A DNA stretch of 64,000 nt from an uncultured Clostridia bacterium (GTDB taxonomy: Bacteria > Bacillota > Clostridia > TANB77 > CAG-508), in assembly GCA_944388735.1 (NCBI GenBank), contig CALXJX010000002.1, positions 2,480 to 66,479 of the forward strand, written 5' to 3'. Every line of letters starts with the position of its first letter. The first letter of the stretch is position 1. A model generated the notes under the pieces. That model saw only the letters and a list, made by a program, of their open reading frames with translations, was not told the origin of the DNA and did no database searches. Both the position numbers and the translations under genes were made by a program. Below are positions 12,129-23,122 of the stretch, in pieces.

Positions 12129-12599
12129 CTATATTCTGCTTTTATCAACAGTTGAAAGCATAGTAACAAAAAACCATAAACTAAATGCAAACATAAAAAC
12201 ATAAAATATCACTGTCAAAACAATAGCTGCATATATAGATATATTTAAAAAATAGCATATCCATTTTGCGATTGTCATGTTTACAGATGCTAATCCTTTT
12301 TCAAAGCTATTGTTTTTTGCTTGAATAAAATCTGCCGCCGATACTTGGTATAATGCTGATAATTCATATATCATATTTAGGTCTGGATATTTTAGTCCTA
12401 TTTCCCATTTTTTTATGTCTTTCTCTGTTAATGTTTTATCTGGTAATCGCATTAATATATCTGAGTAAGTCCAACCTTTTTCTTTTCTTAGCCTAGTTAA
12501 TAGTTCTTCTATTCCTTCTCCTATTTCTCTTTTTTTCCTACGTTTTTCTTTCATGCTTACTCCTTTTTTGAACATTCTAAGCACTTTAAAATATTCCAC
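12129..12599 (-). CDS. HTH (XRE-like) transcriptional regulator with a C-terminal transmembrane segment
   Basis: Basic N-terminus, HTH-like region (WTYSDILMRL...) and a hydrophobic C-terminus. Start codon uncertain. Confidence 0.45.
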   Translation of the reverse strand: MEYFKVLRMFKKGVSMKEKRRKKREIGEGIEELLTRLRKEKGWTYSDILMRLPDKTLTEKDIKKWEIGLKYPDLNMIYELSALYQVSAADFIQAKNNSFEKGLASVNMTIAKWICYFLNISIYAAIVLTVIFYVFMFAFSLWFFVTMLSTVDKSRI

Positions 12600-12691
12600 T
12601 TTCTCTGTTTCTAGTGTGTCTCAATAGTTTACTAGATTTAGTATAGCATAAGATTTTTATTTGTCAAATCTTTTACTATTTTTAATTTTGC

Positions 12692-12754
12692 AGTAACAAT
12701 TCAGAGGTCAATAAGGCAAGAATGCTTTCTTGCCTTATTGACCTCTGAATTGTT
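12692..12754. repeat. Family D palindromic repeat (short form)
   Basis: agtaacaattcagaggtcaataaggcaag ... cttgccttattgacctctgaattgtt perfect inverted repeat. Confidence 0.5.
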
Positions 12755-12773
12755 TCATTTTGTACTTTATTAT

Positions 12774-13706
12774 TTACATTGCTTGATTAATTCCGGTTGC
12801 TACAATTTTTGTCATATTTTCAATCAAATCATCAATTTCTTTAGGAGTCACAATTAAGTTATAATCTTGAGGCACTAAAGCTTGCTTTATTTCTTCATAA
12901 TTATCTTCTTCTTTTAAATTATTCAAATAATCATTAGATTTTGCTTCTTCTTGTAGCTTTGTAATAAATAAATCCAAACAATCATTTACTAATACAGCTG
13001 TTTCTACAACTGTTGGAATTCCAATTGCAACTACTGGTATTCCTAAAGTTTTTTGACTTATTTCACTTCTTGTATTCCCAACCCCTGCTCCTGGAACTAT
13101 TCCAGTATCTGACAATTGAACAGTACTACTTATTCTTTCTATACTTCTTGAGGCTAAGGCATCTATTACTATTACCAGTTTGGGATTTATATTATCTACT
13201 ATTCCTTTTAATATTTCTACTGTCTCTATCCCTGTAGTTCCTAGTACTCCTGGTGCTATTGCACTTACCATTCTTGTTCCTTCATTTACATATTGTGGTA
13301 GATAGTTTATTATATGTCTTGTTACTTCTATTTCATTAACTACTTTTGGTCCTAAACTATCAGGAGTAACATATATATTTCCTAATCCTACTACTAATAT
13401 TTCGCCTTGTTTATCAATATGAACATCTATTACATTTTTTAATTCTTTCGACAATGCTTCTCCTGCTTTTTGAATTTCTTCATCTTGTGCTATCTTTAAT
13501 TTTTTTATATCTATTGTTATATAGTTTCCTATTGGTTTTCCTATTGCTTGCTCTCCTTTTTCATTGGTTATTTTTACTCTTTCTATTTGTATTTTTTCGT
13601 CGACGTCTTCTTTTGTTGCTTCTATTCCGTCTATTTGCTCAAGATTATTTGCTTTTTGATATATGTCTCTTCTTTCTGATGCTAAGTCTGTTCTAAAATT
13701 ATACAT
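12774..13706 (-). CDS. gpr: Germination protease GPR (SASP-degrading endopeptidase)
   Basis: Full-length similarity to the A25 GPR family (VVGLGNIYVTPDSLGP, IVIDALASRS motifs). Confidence 0.82.
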   Translation of the reverse strand: MYNFRTDLASERRDIYQKANNLEQIDGIEATKEDVDEKIQIERVKITNEKGEQAIGKPIGNYITIDIKKLKIAQDEEIQKAGEALSKELKNVIDVHIDKQGEILVVGLGNIYVTPDSLGPKVVNEIEVTRHIINYLPQYVNEGTRMVSAIAPGVLGTTGIETVEILKGIVDNINPKLVIVIDALASRSIERISSTVQLSDTGIVPGAGVGNTRSEISQKTLGIPVVAIGIPTVVETAVLVNDCLDLFITKLQEEAKSNDYLNNLKEEDNYEEIKQALVPQDYNLIVTPKEIDDLIENMTKIVATGINQAM

Positions 13707-13814
13707 TTTTATTCCTCGCTTTCAGTTATATTAAATATTTTTTCCTTTTCTTAGTATTTGCTTTTTATCTGTTTTTTATAACTGATTTTATTTTTTTATA
13801 ACGAGGTTATATTC

Positions 13815-16648
13815 CTAACATTCTAAATACTTTTTCAAAAACTTACCTGTATAACTTCTTTCATTTTTACAAATTTGTTCAGGTGTTCCTACTGCAATTA
13901 CCTCTCCGCCATTATCTCCACCTTCTGGACCTAAATCAATAATATAATCACTTGTTTTTATTAAATCTAAATTATGTTCAATTACAATAATTGTATTGCC
14001 TGTATCTACTAATCTTTGCAAAATATCTACCAATTTATGAACATCTGCTATATGGAGTCCTGTTGTTGGTTCATCTAATATATATAATGTTTTTCCTGTT
14101 GCTTTTTTAGATAATTCCGTCGCTAGTTTTACTCTCTGAGCTTCTCCACCTGAAAGTGTTGTCGAAGGCTGTCCCAATTTAATGTAACTTAATCCTACAT
14201 CATACAATGTCTGAATTTTTTGTTTTATTCTTGGAACTTTATCAAAGAATTGTAATGCTTCTTCTACTGTCATATCTAGAACATCAGCTATATTTTTTCC
14301 CTTATATTTTACTTCTAATGTTTCTCTATTATACCTTTTACCTTTACATACTTCACATGGTACGTATATATCTGGTAAGAAGTGCATTTCTATTTTGTGA
14401 ACACCATCACCATTACAACTTTCGCATCTTCCACCTGCCACATTAAAACTGAATCTACCTTTTTGATATCCACGAACTTTTGCTTCTTCAGTTGCCGCAA
14501 ATAAATCTCTTATATAGTCAAATACCCCTGTATATGTTGCTGGATTTGAACGTGGCGTTCTTCCTATTGGTGATTGGTCTATATTAATAATTTTGTCTAT
14601 ATTGTTCAATCCTTTTACACCTTTACATTTTCCTGGTTTTTCGTTTGAACCATTTAATTCTTTTGCAACAGTTTTATATAATACTTCATTAACTAATGTT
14701 GATTTTCCTGACCCTGAAACACCTGTTACACAAGTAAATACACCTAATGGGAATTTTACACTTATATTTTTTAAATTATTTTCTGTTGCTCCTTGAACTT
14801 CTATGACTTTTGACTTTACATGTTTTCTTCTCTTTTCTGGCACTGGTATTCTTTTTCTTCCACTTAAATATTGTCCTGTTATAGAATTTTCTACCTTTTT
14901 TACTTCTTCTGCTGTTCCGCTGTGCCATTACCTGACCTCCATATCTTCCTGCTCCTGGTCCGATATCTATGATTTGGTCTGCTGCATACATAGTGTCTTC
15001 ATCATGTTCTACAACTAATAATGTATTTCCTAAATCTCTTAGCTTTTTCAATGTAGCCAATAATTTATCATTATCTCTTTGATGTAATCCTATACTTGGC
15101 TCATCTAATATATATAGTACTCCTGTCAACCCTGAGCCGATTTGAGTTGCTAGTCTAATTCTTTGTGCCTCTCCTCCTGATAAAGTCCCTGCATTTCTTG
15201 ATAATGTTAAATATTCTAATCCAACATCCATTAAAAATTGTAATCTTTGGTCAATTTCTTTTAATATTAATTCTGATATCATTGCTTGTGTTTTGTCTAG
15301 CTCTAAATTGTTCAAAAAATTCTTTATTTTGTCTATTGACATATCTGTCAATTCATTTATATTTTTATCTCCTATTTTTATTGATAAAATTTCCGGCTTT
15401 AATCTTGCTCCATGGCACGAATAACATGGAGAATTACTCATATACATTTCATAGAAATCTCTCATTCCTTGAGACTTAGTTTCATTATGACGTCTATCTA
15501 ATGTTGGTAACACTCCTTCAAATGGTGCTTTAAACTTTCTAATTCCTGCGAATGATTCATATTCAAAATCAATTTCTTCATCTCCGGTACCATATAGTAT
15601 TTTTTCCATAAACCACCTAGGTAGGTCTTTTATCTTTTTGTCCTTTATATCTATGCCATAATGTTTACCTACACTTTCAAAATACATTTTTGCCATGGTG
15701 TCACCCTTTTTCATAGTACTTGCTCCAAATGCTTTTATTCCGTCATAAAGGGTTTTATTTTTATCTGGTACAATCAAATCCTCATCCATTTTCATTAAAT
15801 ATCCAATACCTGTACATGTTGGGCATGCTCCAAATGGATTATTAAATGAGAACATTCTTGGTGTTAATTCCGGAAAACTAAATCCACAGTCAGGACAAGC
15901 ATAATTACAACTATACAATTTAGGTTCTTTTCCTACAACATCTATCAAAACTAATTGATTAGCATGCTTTAATGCTACCTCTACAGATTCAGTTAATCTA
16001 CTAACTATATCAGGTTTTATTACAAGTCTATCTACTATTAATTCTATATTATGTTTTTTCTTTCTATCTATCTCTATATCATCCGAAATTTCATATACTT
16101 CGCCATCTACTCTTATTCTGACAAATCCTTCTTTTTGATATTCTTGTAATTGCTTTACAAATTCTCCTTTTCTACCGTCTTACAACTGGCGCTAATACTT
16201 GAATTTTTGTTCCTTCTTCTAATGTCATAATATTGTCCACTATTTGGTCTATTGTTTGCTTTTCTATTTTTTTATGGCAATTTGGACAATATGGTACTCC
16301 AATTCTAGCATATAAAAGACGTATATAGTCATATATTTCTGTTACTGTTCCTACTGTTGAACGTGGATTTTTTGATGTGGTTTTTTGGTCTATTGAAATC
16401 GCAGGAGATAAACCGTCAATTCTTTCTACATTTGGCTTTTCCATTAGTCCTAAAAATTGTCTAGCATAAGATGATAAACTTTCTACATATCTTCTTTGTC
16501 CTTCTGCATATAGTGTATCAAATGCTAGACTAGATTTTCCAGATCCTGATAGTCCTGTTATTACTACTAATTTGTCTCTTGGTATTTCTAAATCTATATT
16601 TTTTAAGTTATGTTCTTTTGCTCCTTTTATTACTATTTTATCATTCAT
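13815..16648 (-). pseudogene. uvrA: Excinuclease ABC subunit UvrA, split into three ORFs by two 1-nt insertions (near 14919 and 16177)
   Basis: ORFs 16172-16648 (N-terminus, [14 protein letters not shown]), 14776-15948 (middle, zinc finger, [12 protein letters not shown]) and 13815-14843 (C-terminus, [22 protein letters not shown]). Deleting one C at aga[c]ggt and at cag[c]gga restores VVRGRKGEF and [10 protein letters not shown] and a continuous protein. Confidence 0.85.
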
Positions 16649-16663
16649 TTAAATCCTCCCTTT

Positions 16664-16760
16664 GTGCCATTGGGGACGTATTTTTTTGGCACAAAATATA
16701 TTTTTATGTATTTTTTTATATTTACATATTTTGTGCCAAAAAAACACGTCCCCAGTGGCA
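16664..16760. repeat. Family C long palindrome
   Basis: gtgccattggggacgtatttttttggcacaaaat ... attttgtgccaaaaaaacacgtccccagtggcac, with roughly 35-bp arms. It fills the gap between the fhs stop and the uvrA start. Confidence 0.55.
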
Positions 16761-16762
16761 CA

Positions 16763-18425
16763 CTAAAAAATTCCTACTATCTCTCCTTTTTCATTAATAT
16801 CAATACTTTCTGCTGCCGGAACTTTAGGAAGTCCAGGCATAGTCATTATTTTTCCGGCCAACACAACAATAAAGCCAGCTCCTGCCTTTAATTCTACATT
16901 TCTAACATTTATTGTATACTCATCTTTACATTCCAAATTCTTTGCATCGTCAGAGAAAGAATATTGAGTTTTAGCTATACAAATTGGTAAATTTCCATAA
17001 CCTAATTTTTCTATTTTCTCAATTTCCTTTTCCGCTTCTTCTGAGTATTCAACATCTTTTGCACCATATATATTTGTTGCAACTCTTTGTACTTTTGATT
17101 TTATACTTTCATCTAATTCATATATATATTTGAATTCTTCTTTTTTCTCAACCAAATCTACTAACTTATTAGCTATATCGACTGCTCCTTCTCCACCTTT
17201 TGCCCAGCCTTCTACTAAACTTAGTTGAATCCCTTTTTCATTTAATTTATTTTCCAAATAGTTAATTTCGTTTTCTGTATCTTGATTAAATTTATTTAAT
17301 GCTACAATTACATTTAATCCAAATTTATTTTTTAAATTATCTATATGTCTATATAGATTATCTATTCCTTTTTCTAATGCGTCTATGTTTTCTTCTGCTA
17401 AATTTTCTTTTTGCTGTCCCCCATGATATTTTATTGCTTTTATTGTTGCAACTAAAACAACTGCATCTGGTTTTATTTTTGCCTCTCTACATTTGATATC
17501 TAAAAATTTTTCGGCACCTAAGTCTGCTCCAAACCCAGCTTCTGTTATAACATAGTCTCCTAATTTTAATGCCATTTTTGTTGCAATAATACTATTACAT
17601 CCATGCGCAATATTAGCAAATGGGCCCCCATGTACTATTGCAGGAGTATGCTCTAATGTTTGCACTAAGTTAGGTTTTATTGCATCTTTTAATAAAACAG
17701 CCATTGCTCCTTGCACTTTTAGTTGTTTTGCATATATTGCTTCTCCTTCTTTGTTGTAACCTATTAAAATATTTCCTAATCTTCTTTTTAAATCATTCAT
17801 ATCTTTTGCTAAACATACTATTGCCATAACTTCTGATGCAACGGTTATATCGAATTTATCTCTTCTTGATACAATATTTTTTTCGTTTGATAAACCTGTT
17901 TCTACTTCTCTTAACTGCCTATCATTTAAGTCTAAACATCTTTTCCAAACTACTTTATCAAATCCTAATTCATTTCCAAAATAAATATGATTATCTATCA
18001 TACTAGAAAGTAGATTGTTAGCTGCTGTTATTGCATGAATGTCTCCTGTAAAATGTAAGTTGATATCTTCCATTGGAGCAATTTGAACTTTTCCTCCGTC
18101 CTGTCGCTCCTCCTTTAATTCCAAACACAGGTCCTTGTGAAGGCTCTCTTAATGCTAGAATAGATTTTTTCCCTATTTTTTTCAATCCGTCCGCAATTGC
18201 AATAGATATTGTTGTTTTTCCTTCTCCCAAAGGTGTTGGGCTAATTGCTGTTACTAATATTAATTTTCCATCCTGTTTTTTTTCCAATTTCTTATATACA
18301 TTATTGGAAATTTTTGCTTTATAATTTCCATATAATTCTAAATCTTCTTGCTCAATTCCTACTTTTTCTGCTATTTTTACTATATTTTCTAATTTTGTAT
18401 TTCTTGCAATTTCTATATCTGTCAT
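16763..18425 (-). pseudogene. fhs: Formate--tetrahydrofolate ligase, frameshifted by a 1-nt insertion near 18098
   Basis: N-terminal ORF 18018-18425 ends [13 protein letters not shown]; C-terminal ORF 16763-18124. Deleting the C in gga[c]ggagg gives [30 protein letters not shown], the canonical FTHFS sequence. Confidence 0.85.
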
Positions 18426-18484
18426 AACCTTTCCCCCTTATCTACTTTTTAGATCATTTCAAAAAGGGCTTATAAAGCCCTTTT

Positions 18485-18925
18485 TTACGCAATAATTCCC
18501 ACAACAAATCCTATTAAAGCTCCAACAAAAACTTGAACTGGAGTATGTCCTAGTACTTCTACTAATTTTTCTGAAACTTGAACACCACTTAATCCAGGTG
18601 TTTCTATTAATTTATTTAGTAAAGCTGCCTGTTTTCCTGCCGCTCTACGAACTCCACAAGCATCATACATAACAACAAATGCCATTACAAATGAAACTGC
18701 AAAAATAGCAGTATTTACACCTTCATATTTTCCGATTAGTGTTGTAAGTCCTGTAACTACTGCTGAGTGTGAACTTGGCATTCCACCTGCACCTAATATT
18801 CTCTTAAAATTAAATTTCTTTGTTGTAACTAAATCATAAATTAATTTAAAAAGTTGTATTCCAAACCATAATAAAAATGGTATGTATATATATTTATTTT
18901 GTATAAATCCTAAAAAGTCATTCAT
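18485..18925 (-). CDS. Divergent PAP2 family membrane protein (YuiD-like)
   Basis: GAGGMPSSHSAVV motif and TM topology of the DUF212/divergent PAP2 family. Confidence 0.65.
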   Translation of the reverse strand: MNDFLGFIQNKYIYIPFLLWFGIQLFKLIYDLVTTKKFNFKRILGAGGMPSSHSAVVTGLTTLIGKYEGVNTAIFAVSFVMAFVVMYDACGVRRAAGKQAALLNKLIETPGLSGVQVSEKLVEVLGHTPVQVFVGALIGFVVGIIA

Positions 18926-18957
18926 TTTTTCTAATTTCTCCCCCTCATATTTTAATC

Positions 18958-19173
18958 TTATGTTTCAAAACCTTCTTCTGTCACTTCTCCATCTTTATTA
19001 AGTAATATAGATATTTTTTTCTCTGCTTTTTCTAATATTTCATTGCATTGTTTTGAAATTTTAATACCTTCTTCAAATTTAGATACAGATTCATCAAGAT
19101 TTAGCTCTCCTTTTTCTAACTCTGTAACAATTTTCTCTAATTCATTCATTTTTTCCTCAAAAGTACTTTCCAA
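18958..19173 (-). CDS. xseB: Exodeoxyribonuclease VII small subunit
   Basis: 71-aa helical protein with the XseB motif (LEKIVTELEKGELNLDESVSKFEEGIKISKQC). Confidence 0.85.
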   Translation of the reverse strand: MESTFEEKMNELEKIVTELEKGELNLDESVSKFEEGIKISKQCNEILEKAEKKISILLNKDGEVTEEGFET

Positions 19174-19195
19174 AATATGGTTCCCCCTTTATATT

Positions 19196-19708
19196 TTATT
19201 CTTCTATTGCTCCTGTTTCAATGTCTACTGTATACCATGCAACAGCCTCAGTTGTAGCCACATCTCTAACAGAAATTCTGTATTTATTTCCGTCTCTATT
19301 TTCTATTACAAATTTTACAGAATCATCGCTTTCTCCCCATTTGTTTTTAGCTAATTCCATTGCTTTTTCATCATCTGTTTTACCTACTTCATCACTGTTA
19401 CTTTCTTGTTCTTCTTTTCCTATTACTTGTGGTTGCGATTCTTGAGTGTTTTGTTGATCATCTTGTGGTTTTTCCTCTATCTGAGTAGTATTTTCTTCAA
19501 CTTCATTTTGTTCTATTACATTCTCTGGTTCTACTGTATTTTCTTCTACTTCATTTTCAGTTTCTTCTTGTATTTGATTTTCTTCTCTATAATTATTTTC
19601 TGATTTTTGATTATTAGCATCATTAATAAATCCAGCTGCTACAACACCAACTAATGCAACAAATATCAATATAACTACTACCATTAATATTTTTTCTTTT
19701 TTTCCCAT
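19196..19708 (-). CDS. Hypothetical membrane-anchored protein with an acidic linker and a C-terminal PepSY-like domain
   Basis: N-terminal TM, an E/Q/N-rich low-complexity linker and a folded C-terminus (KFVIENRDGNKYRISVRDV). Sits between xseA and xseB. Confidence 0.45.
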   Translation of the reverse strand: MGKKEKILMVVVILIFVALVGVVAAGFINDANNQKSENNYREENQIQEETENEVEENTVEPENVIEQNEVEENTTQIEEKPQDDQQNTQESQPQVIGKEEQESNSDEVGKTDDEKAMELAKNKWGESDDSVKFVIENRDGNKYRISVRDVATTEAVAWYTVDIETGAIEE

Positions 19709-19796
19709 GTTCTACACCATCCTTTTCAAAATTTTTATTTTTACCTTCTGTTCTCTAATTTATAACATTATTTAACTATAACTTAGTTATATATTT

Positions 19797-21038
19797 CTAA
19801 TTTATTTTTAACTGTTTAATATCATCAGATGAAATCGTTTCAATTACACCGTCTGCCTTTCCTTCTGATAATCTTATATCTATCTTATCTCCAACTTTTA
19901 ACTGTTTTACACTTTTGACTACATTTCCGTCTTTTTGAATAATACCATATCCTCTAATCAAAGTTTTTAAAGGACTCAATGTATCTAGCTTAGAAATTAA
20001 TTCTATATATCTAGACTTTTCCTTTTGCTCTTTAACTCTTATTATATTTTCTAATTGCTTGATATAACTTTCGATTTTTAGGTAATTATCTTGAATTTTT
20101 CTTGTTGGCTCTTTAAAAACTACACTTGAAATACATTTTTCATATCTCAATTTCATAATTTCTAATTTTTTAGATAAGGCCTGTTTCATTCTATTTTGAT
20201 ATGTATTTATCTTCTGTTTAACTTCATAAATATCTGGTACTGCTAATTCAGCCGCTGCTGAAGGCGTTGGAGCTCTTAAGTCCGCAACAAAATCTGCTAT
20301 TGTAAAATCTGTTTCATGTCCTACTGCTGAAATTACTGGTATTTCTGAATTATATATGCTATGTGCTACAATTTCTTCATTGAAAGGCCATAAATCTTCT
20401 AATGATCCTCCTCCTCTTGCGACAATTAAAACGTCAGCTAACTTGTTTTTATTCATATAATCTATGCCTTCAGCTATTTTTTCTGCTGCACCTTCTCCTT
20501 GTACAGGAACTGGTAATAGTCGTATATATACATTTGGATTCCTTCTTGTTGAGACATTTATAATATCTCGTATTACTGAACCTGTCTGTGATGTTAATAC
20601 TCCTATAATTTTTGGCATTAATGGAATAGCTTTTTTATGAGTTTTATCAAAGAGTCCTTGCTTTTCTAATTTTTCTTTCAATTCTTGATATTTTGTATAT
20701 AAATCTCCTAATCCGTCTTCTTCCATTATTTTTACATATATTTGATACACTCCATCTCTTTCAAAAACTGAAACTCCACCTAAAATTAGTACTTTCATTC
20801 CGTCTTTTGGCATGAATTTTAGTTTTTGTGCATAAGTTTTAAACATTATACATTTTATAAGAGAATTTTCATCTTTTAATGTAAAATAGAGATGTCCTGT
20901 ATAATGGTTTTTGAAGTTAGATATTTCGCCTTTTACTAAAATATTATTTAAATATTCGTCATTAGCAATTTTGTCTTTTATATATTTATTTAAATCTGTA
21001 ACCGAAATTGCCATATCTGCATATTTCATTTTTATCAC
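19797..21038 (-). CDS. xseA: Exodeoxyribonuclease VII large subunit
   Basis: OB-fold N-terminus followed by the catalytic core (GVLTSQTGSVIRDI, VARGGGSLEDLWPFNEE). Confidence 0.88.
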   Translation of the reverse strand: MIKMKYADMAISVTDLNKYIKDKIANDEYLNNILVKGEISNFKNHYTGHLYFTLKDENSLIKCIMFKTYAQKLKFMPKDGMKVLILGGVSVFERDGVYQIYVKIMEEDGLGDLYTKYQELKEKLEKQGLFDKTHKKAIPLMPKIIGVLTSQTGSVIRDIINVSTRRNPNVYIRLLPVPVQGEGAAEKIAEGIDYMNKNKLADVLIVARGGGSLEDLWPFNEEIVAHSIYNSEIPVISAVGHETDFTIADFVADLRAPTPSAAAELAVPDIYEVKQKINTYQNRMKQALSKKLEIMKLRYEKCISSVVFKEPTRKIQDNYLKIESYIKQLENIIRVKEQKEKSRYIELISKLDTLSPLKTLIRGYGIIQKDGNVVKSVKQLKVGDKIDIRLSEGKADGVIETISSDDIKQLKIN

Positions 21039-21091
21039 ATTCCTTTTTTAGTCACAAATCACTGCTAAAATGCTGAGTGCTTTTACATTTT

Positions 21092-21493
21092 TTATTCTTT
21101 TATGACACTTGCTAAAATTCCATTTACAAAATTTTTTGATGTATCTTCTCCATATTTTTTTGCAAGTTCTACTGCTTCATTTATGACCACTTTGTATGGA
21201 AGTTCTTTATATTTTATTTCATATATAGCAAGTTCTAAAATAGATAAATCAATTTTAGATATCCTTTCTAATCTCCAGTCTGATTTTAAGTTTTTCTCTA
21301 TTTGACTCAAAATCTCTTTTTTGTGCTCTTGTAATCCTAATATTGCATCTCTAATGTATTCTATTGTTTCTTTATTTTGTATATTATTAGCTTCTAGAAA
21401 TAACTCTATTTGTTCTTCGTAATTCTCTTTTTTTTGAATTTCTAAACTATATATTAGTTTAAAAGCTTGCTCTCTCATTGCTGACCTGCTCAT
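21092..21493 (-). CDS. nusB: Transcription antitermination factor NusB
   Basis: 133-aa all-helical protein with NusB motifs ([21 protein letters not shown]). Confidence 0.88.
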   Translation of the reverse strand: MSRSAMREQAFKLIYSLEIQKKENYEEQIELFLEANNIQNKETIEYIRDAILGLQEHKKEILSQIEKNLKSDWRLERISKIDLSILELAIYEIKYKELPYKVVINEAVELAKKYGEDTSKNFVNGILASVIKE

Positions 21494-21610
21494 AATTTTT
21501 CCTCTTTCTTTTCTACCTAATTTAATTATATGTTTTTTGAATTTTCTAATCTAATTATTTTTATACACTTCGTTTTTAATATTATAATCAAATATTATCA
21601 AAATTAATAA

Positions 21611-21814
21611 TTACATTTTATCTATAAAGTTTTTTAACTTTATTTTTACATCTTCTTTGTTTTGTTGTATATAGTTTCCAATAAAAGCACCTAATATTAT
21701 AACTACAATTGCTAATATCAAATCATGTAATCTTGTAATTAGAATTAATATAGCTATAACTACACCTATAATAGCTCCTTTATATTGGTTCCAAAAATCT
21801 TTAAAATTATTCAT
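21611..21814 (-). CDS. Small membrane protein (DUF2273-like)
   Basis: 67 aa with two TM segments. Conserved position in the asp23-amaP-DUF2273-nusB cluster. Confidence 0.5.
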   Translation of the reverse strand: MNNFKDFWNQYKGAIIGVVIAILILITRLHDLILAIVVIILGAFIGNYIQQNKEDVKIKLKNFIDKM

Positions 21815-21921
21815 TTAAACTCCCGTTCCTTTCTTTCGTCAAAAACATTTTTACTAGTATATTTGAGATTTTTAATTCATTACCAATGTTATGTTTTTGC
21901 TTATATAAGTCTTACTATATT

Positions 21922-22482
21922 TTATGTATTTTCAGAAACATTTTCCTCAGGAGCAACTTTTTTTACTGTAATATTTACTTCTTTTACATCTAAATCTGTA
22001 GCTAATTTAATTTTTTCTTTTATTTTCTCTTGAAGTTTTGCTGATAAATCTTTAATTACAGCATTAGATGTTACAGTTAAATTTGCATAAACTTTTACAT
22101 TATTTTCTTTATCTAGTTCTACTCTTGTTGTTACATTTTGGGTACTTTCAAAGTTTAATGCAACTGAATTTACTAAATTTTCAATTGTCTCCTTTGATAT
22201 CATTAACTTTCCACTTTCGTTTTCTAAAAGAACTCCTTGTCTTTCTTTTATCTGTTCTTTTGATGATGAATCAAAAAAGATACATTTTATAGAAAGTAAT
22301 ATGAATAAAACACTTACTCCTAATACAATTTTCCCAGATATGTCACCTACTAAAATTGTTCTTACTATTTCTCCTACAAATTCCATGTCTAACCATCCAA
22401 ATACTAGTAAACATAATATAACAGCTAATATTAATATAATATATGAATATATAATTAATGCGATTTTTTCTAAAATTTTCAT
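21922..22482 (-). CDS. amaP: Alkaline shock response membrane anchor protein AmaP
   Basis: N-terminal TM hairpin and a conserved C-terminal domain. Adjacent to asp23. Confidence 0.65.
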   Translation of the reverse strand: MKILEKIALIIYSYIILILAVILCLLVFGWLDMEFVGEIVRTILVGDISGKIVLGVSVLFILLSIKCIFFDSSSKEQIKERQGVLLENESGKLMISKETIENLVNSVALNFESTQNVTTRVELDKENNVKVYANLTVTSNAVIKDLSAKLQEKIKEKIKLATDLDVKEVNITVKKVAPEENVSENT

Positions 22483-22547
22483 TTCATTTCCTCCTACTTT
22501 TATTTTTTCTAAAATATAATTTTGTATTTTTAATGTTTCTATATTTA

Positions 22548-22994
22548 TTAATCTTCCTCTTTACTTTCTTCTGGTTCTTCTCTTACAATGTCTGTGTTGA
22601 CTCCTTGTACGTGAACATTGACTTCCTCTACTTTTAGCCCTGTCATTCCTTCAACTGATTTTTTTACTCTATTTTGAATTTCAAAGGCTACATCTGGAAT
22701 TCTTGAGCCATATTCTACTATTATATTGACATCAATTTTTACTTTATCTTCTTCTATAACTACTTTTATTCCTTTTGCTAAATTTTTCTTTCCACTTAAT
22801 ACTTCTGTAATTCCTCCTGCAAATCCTCCTGACATCCCAGATACTCCTGGTACTTCTGAAACTGCTACACCTGCAATTACAGCTACAACATCATCTGATA
22901 TTTTTATTCCGTCATTGTCTGTTTTTATTTCTTCTTGCGCTTCTAATTCTACTACTTCTCCCTTTTCTTCATTCACTTTATTTTCTTCACTCAT
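22548..22994 (-). CDS. Asp23/Gls24 family envelope stress response protein
   Basis: DDVVAVIAGVAVSEVPGV... and the DUF322/Asp23 core. Confidence 0.85.
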   Translation of the reverse strand: MSEENKVNEEKGEVVELEAQEEIKTDNDGIKISDDVVAVIAGVAVSEVPGVSGMSGGFAGGITEVLSGKKNLAKGIKVVIEEDKVKIDVNIIVEYGSRIPDVAFEIQNRVKKSVEGMTGLKVEEVNVHVQGVNTDIVREEPEESKEED

Positions 22995-23122
22995 AAAATA
23001 ATCCTCCTAACTTATATATCAAAAAAAGATATACTTATTTCGATATAAAGTATATCAATTTTTTCCTATTTTTACAACCATTTTCATCAAATTTTCAAAT
23101 TTATTATAATTATAAGTTATAA

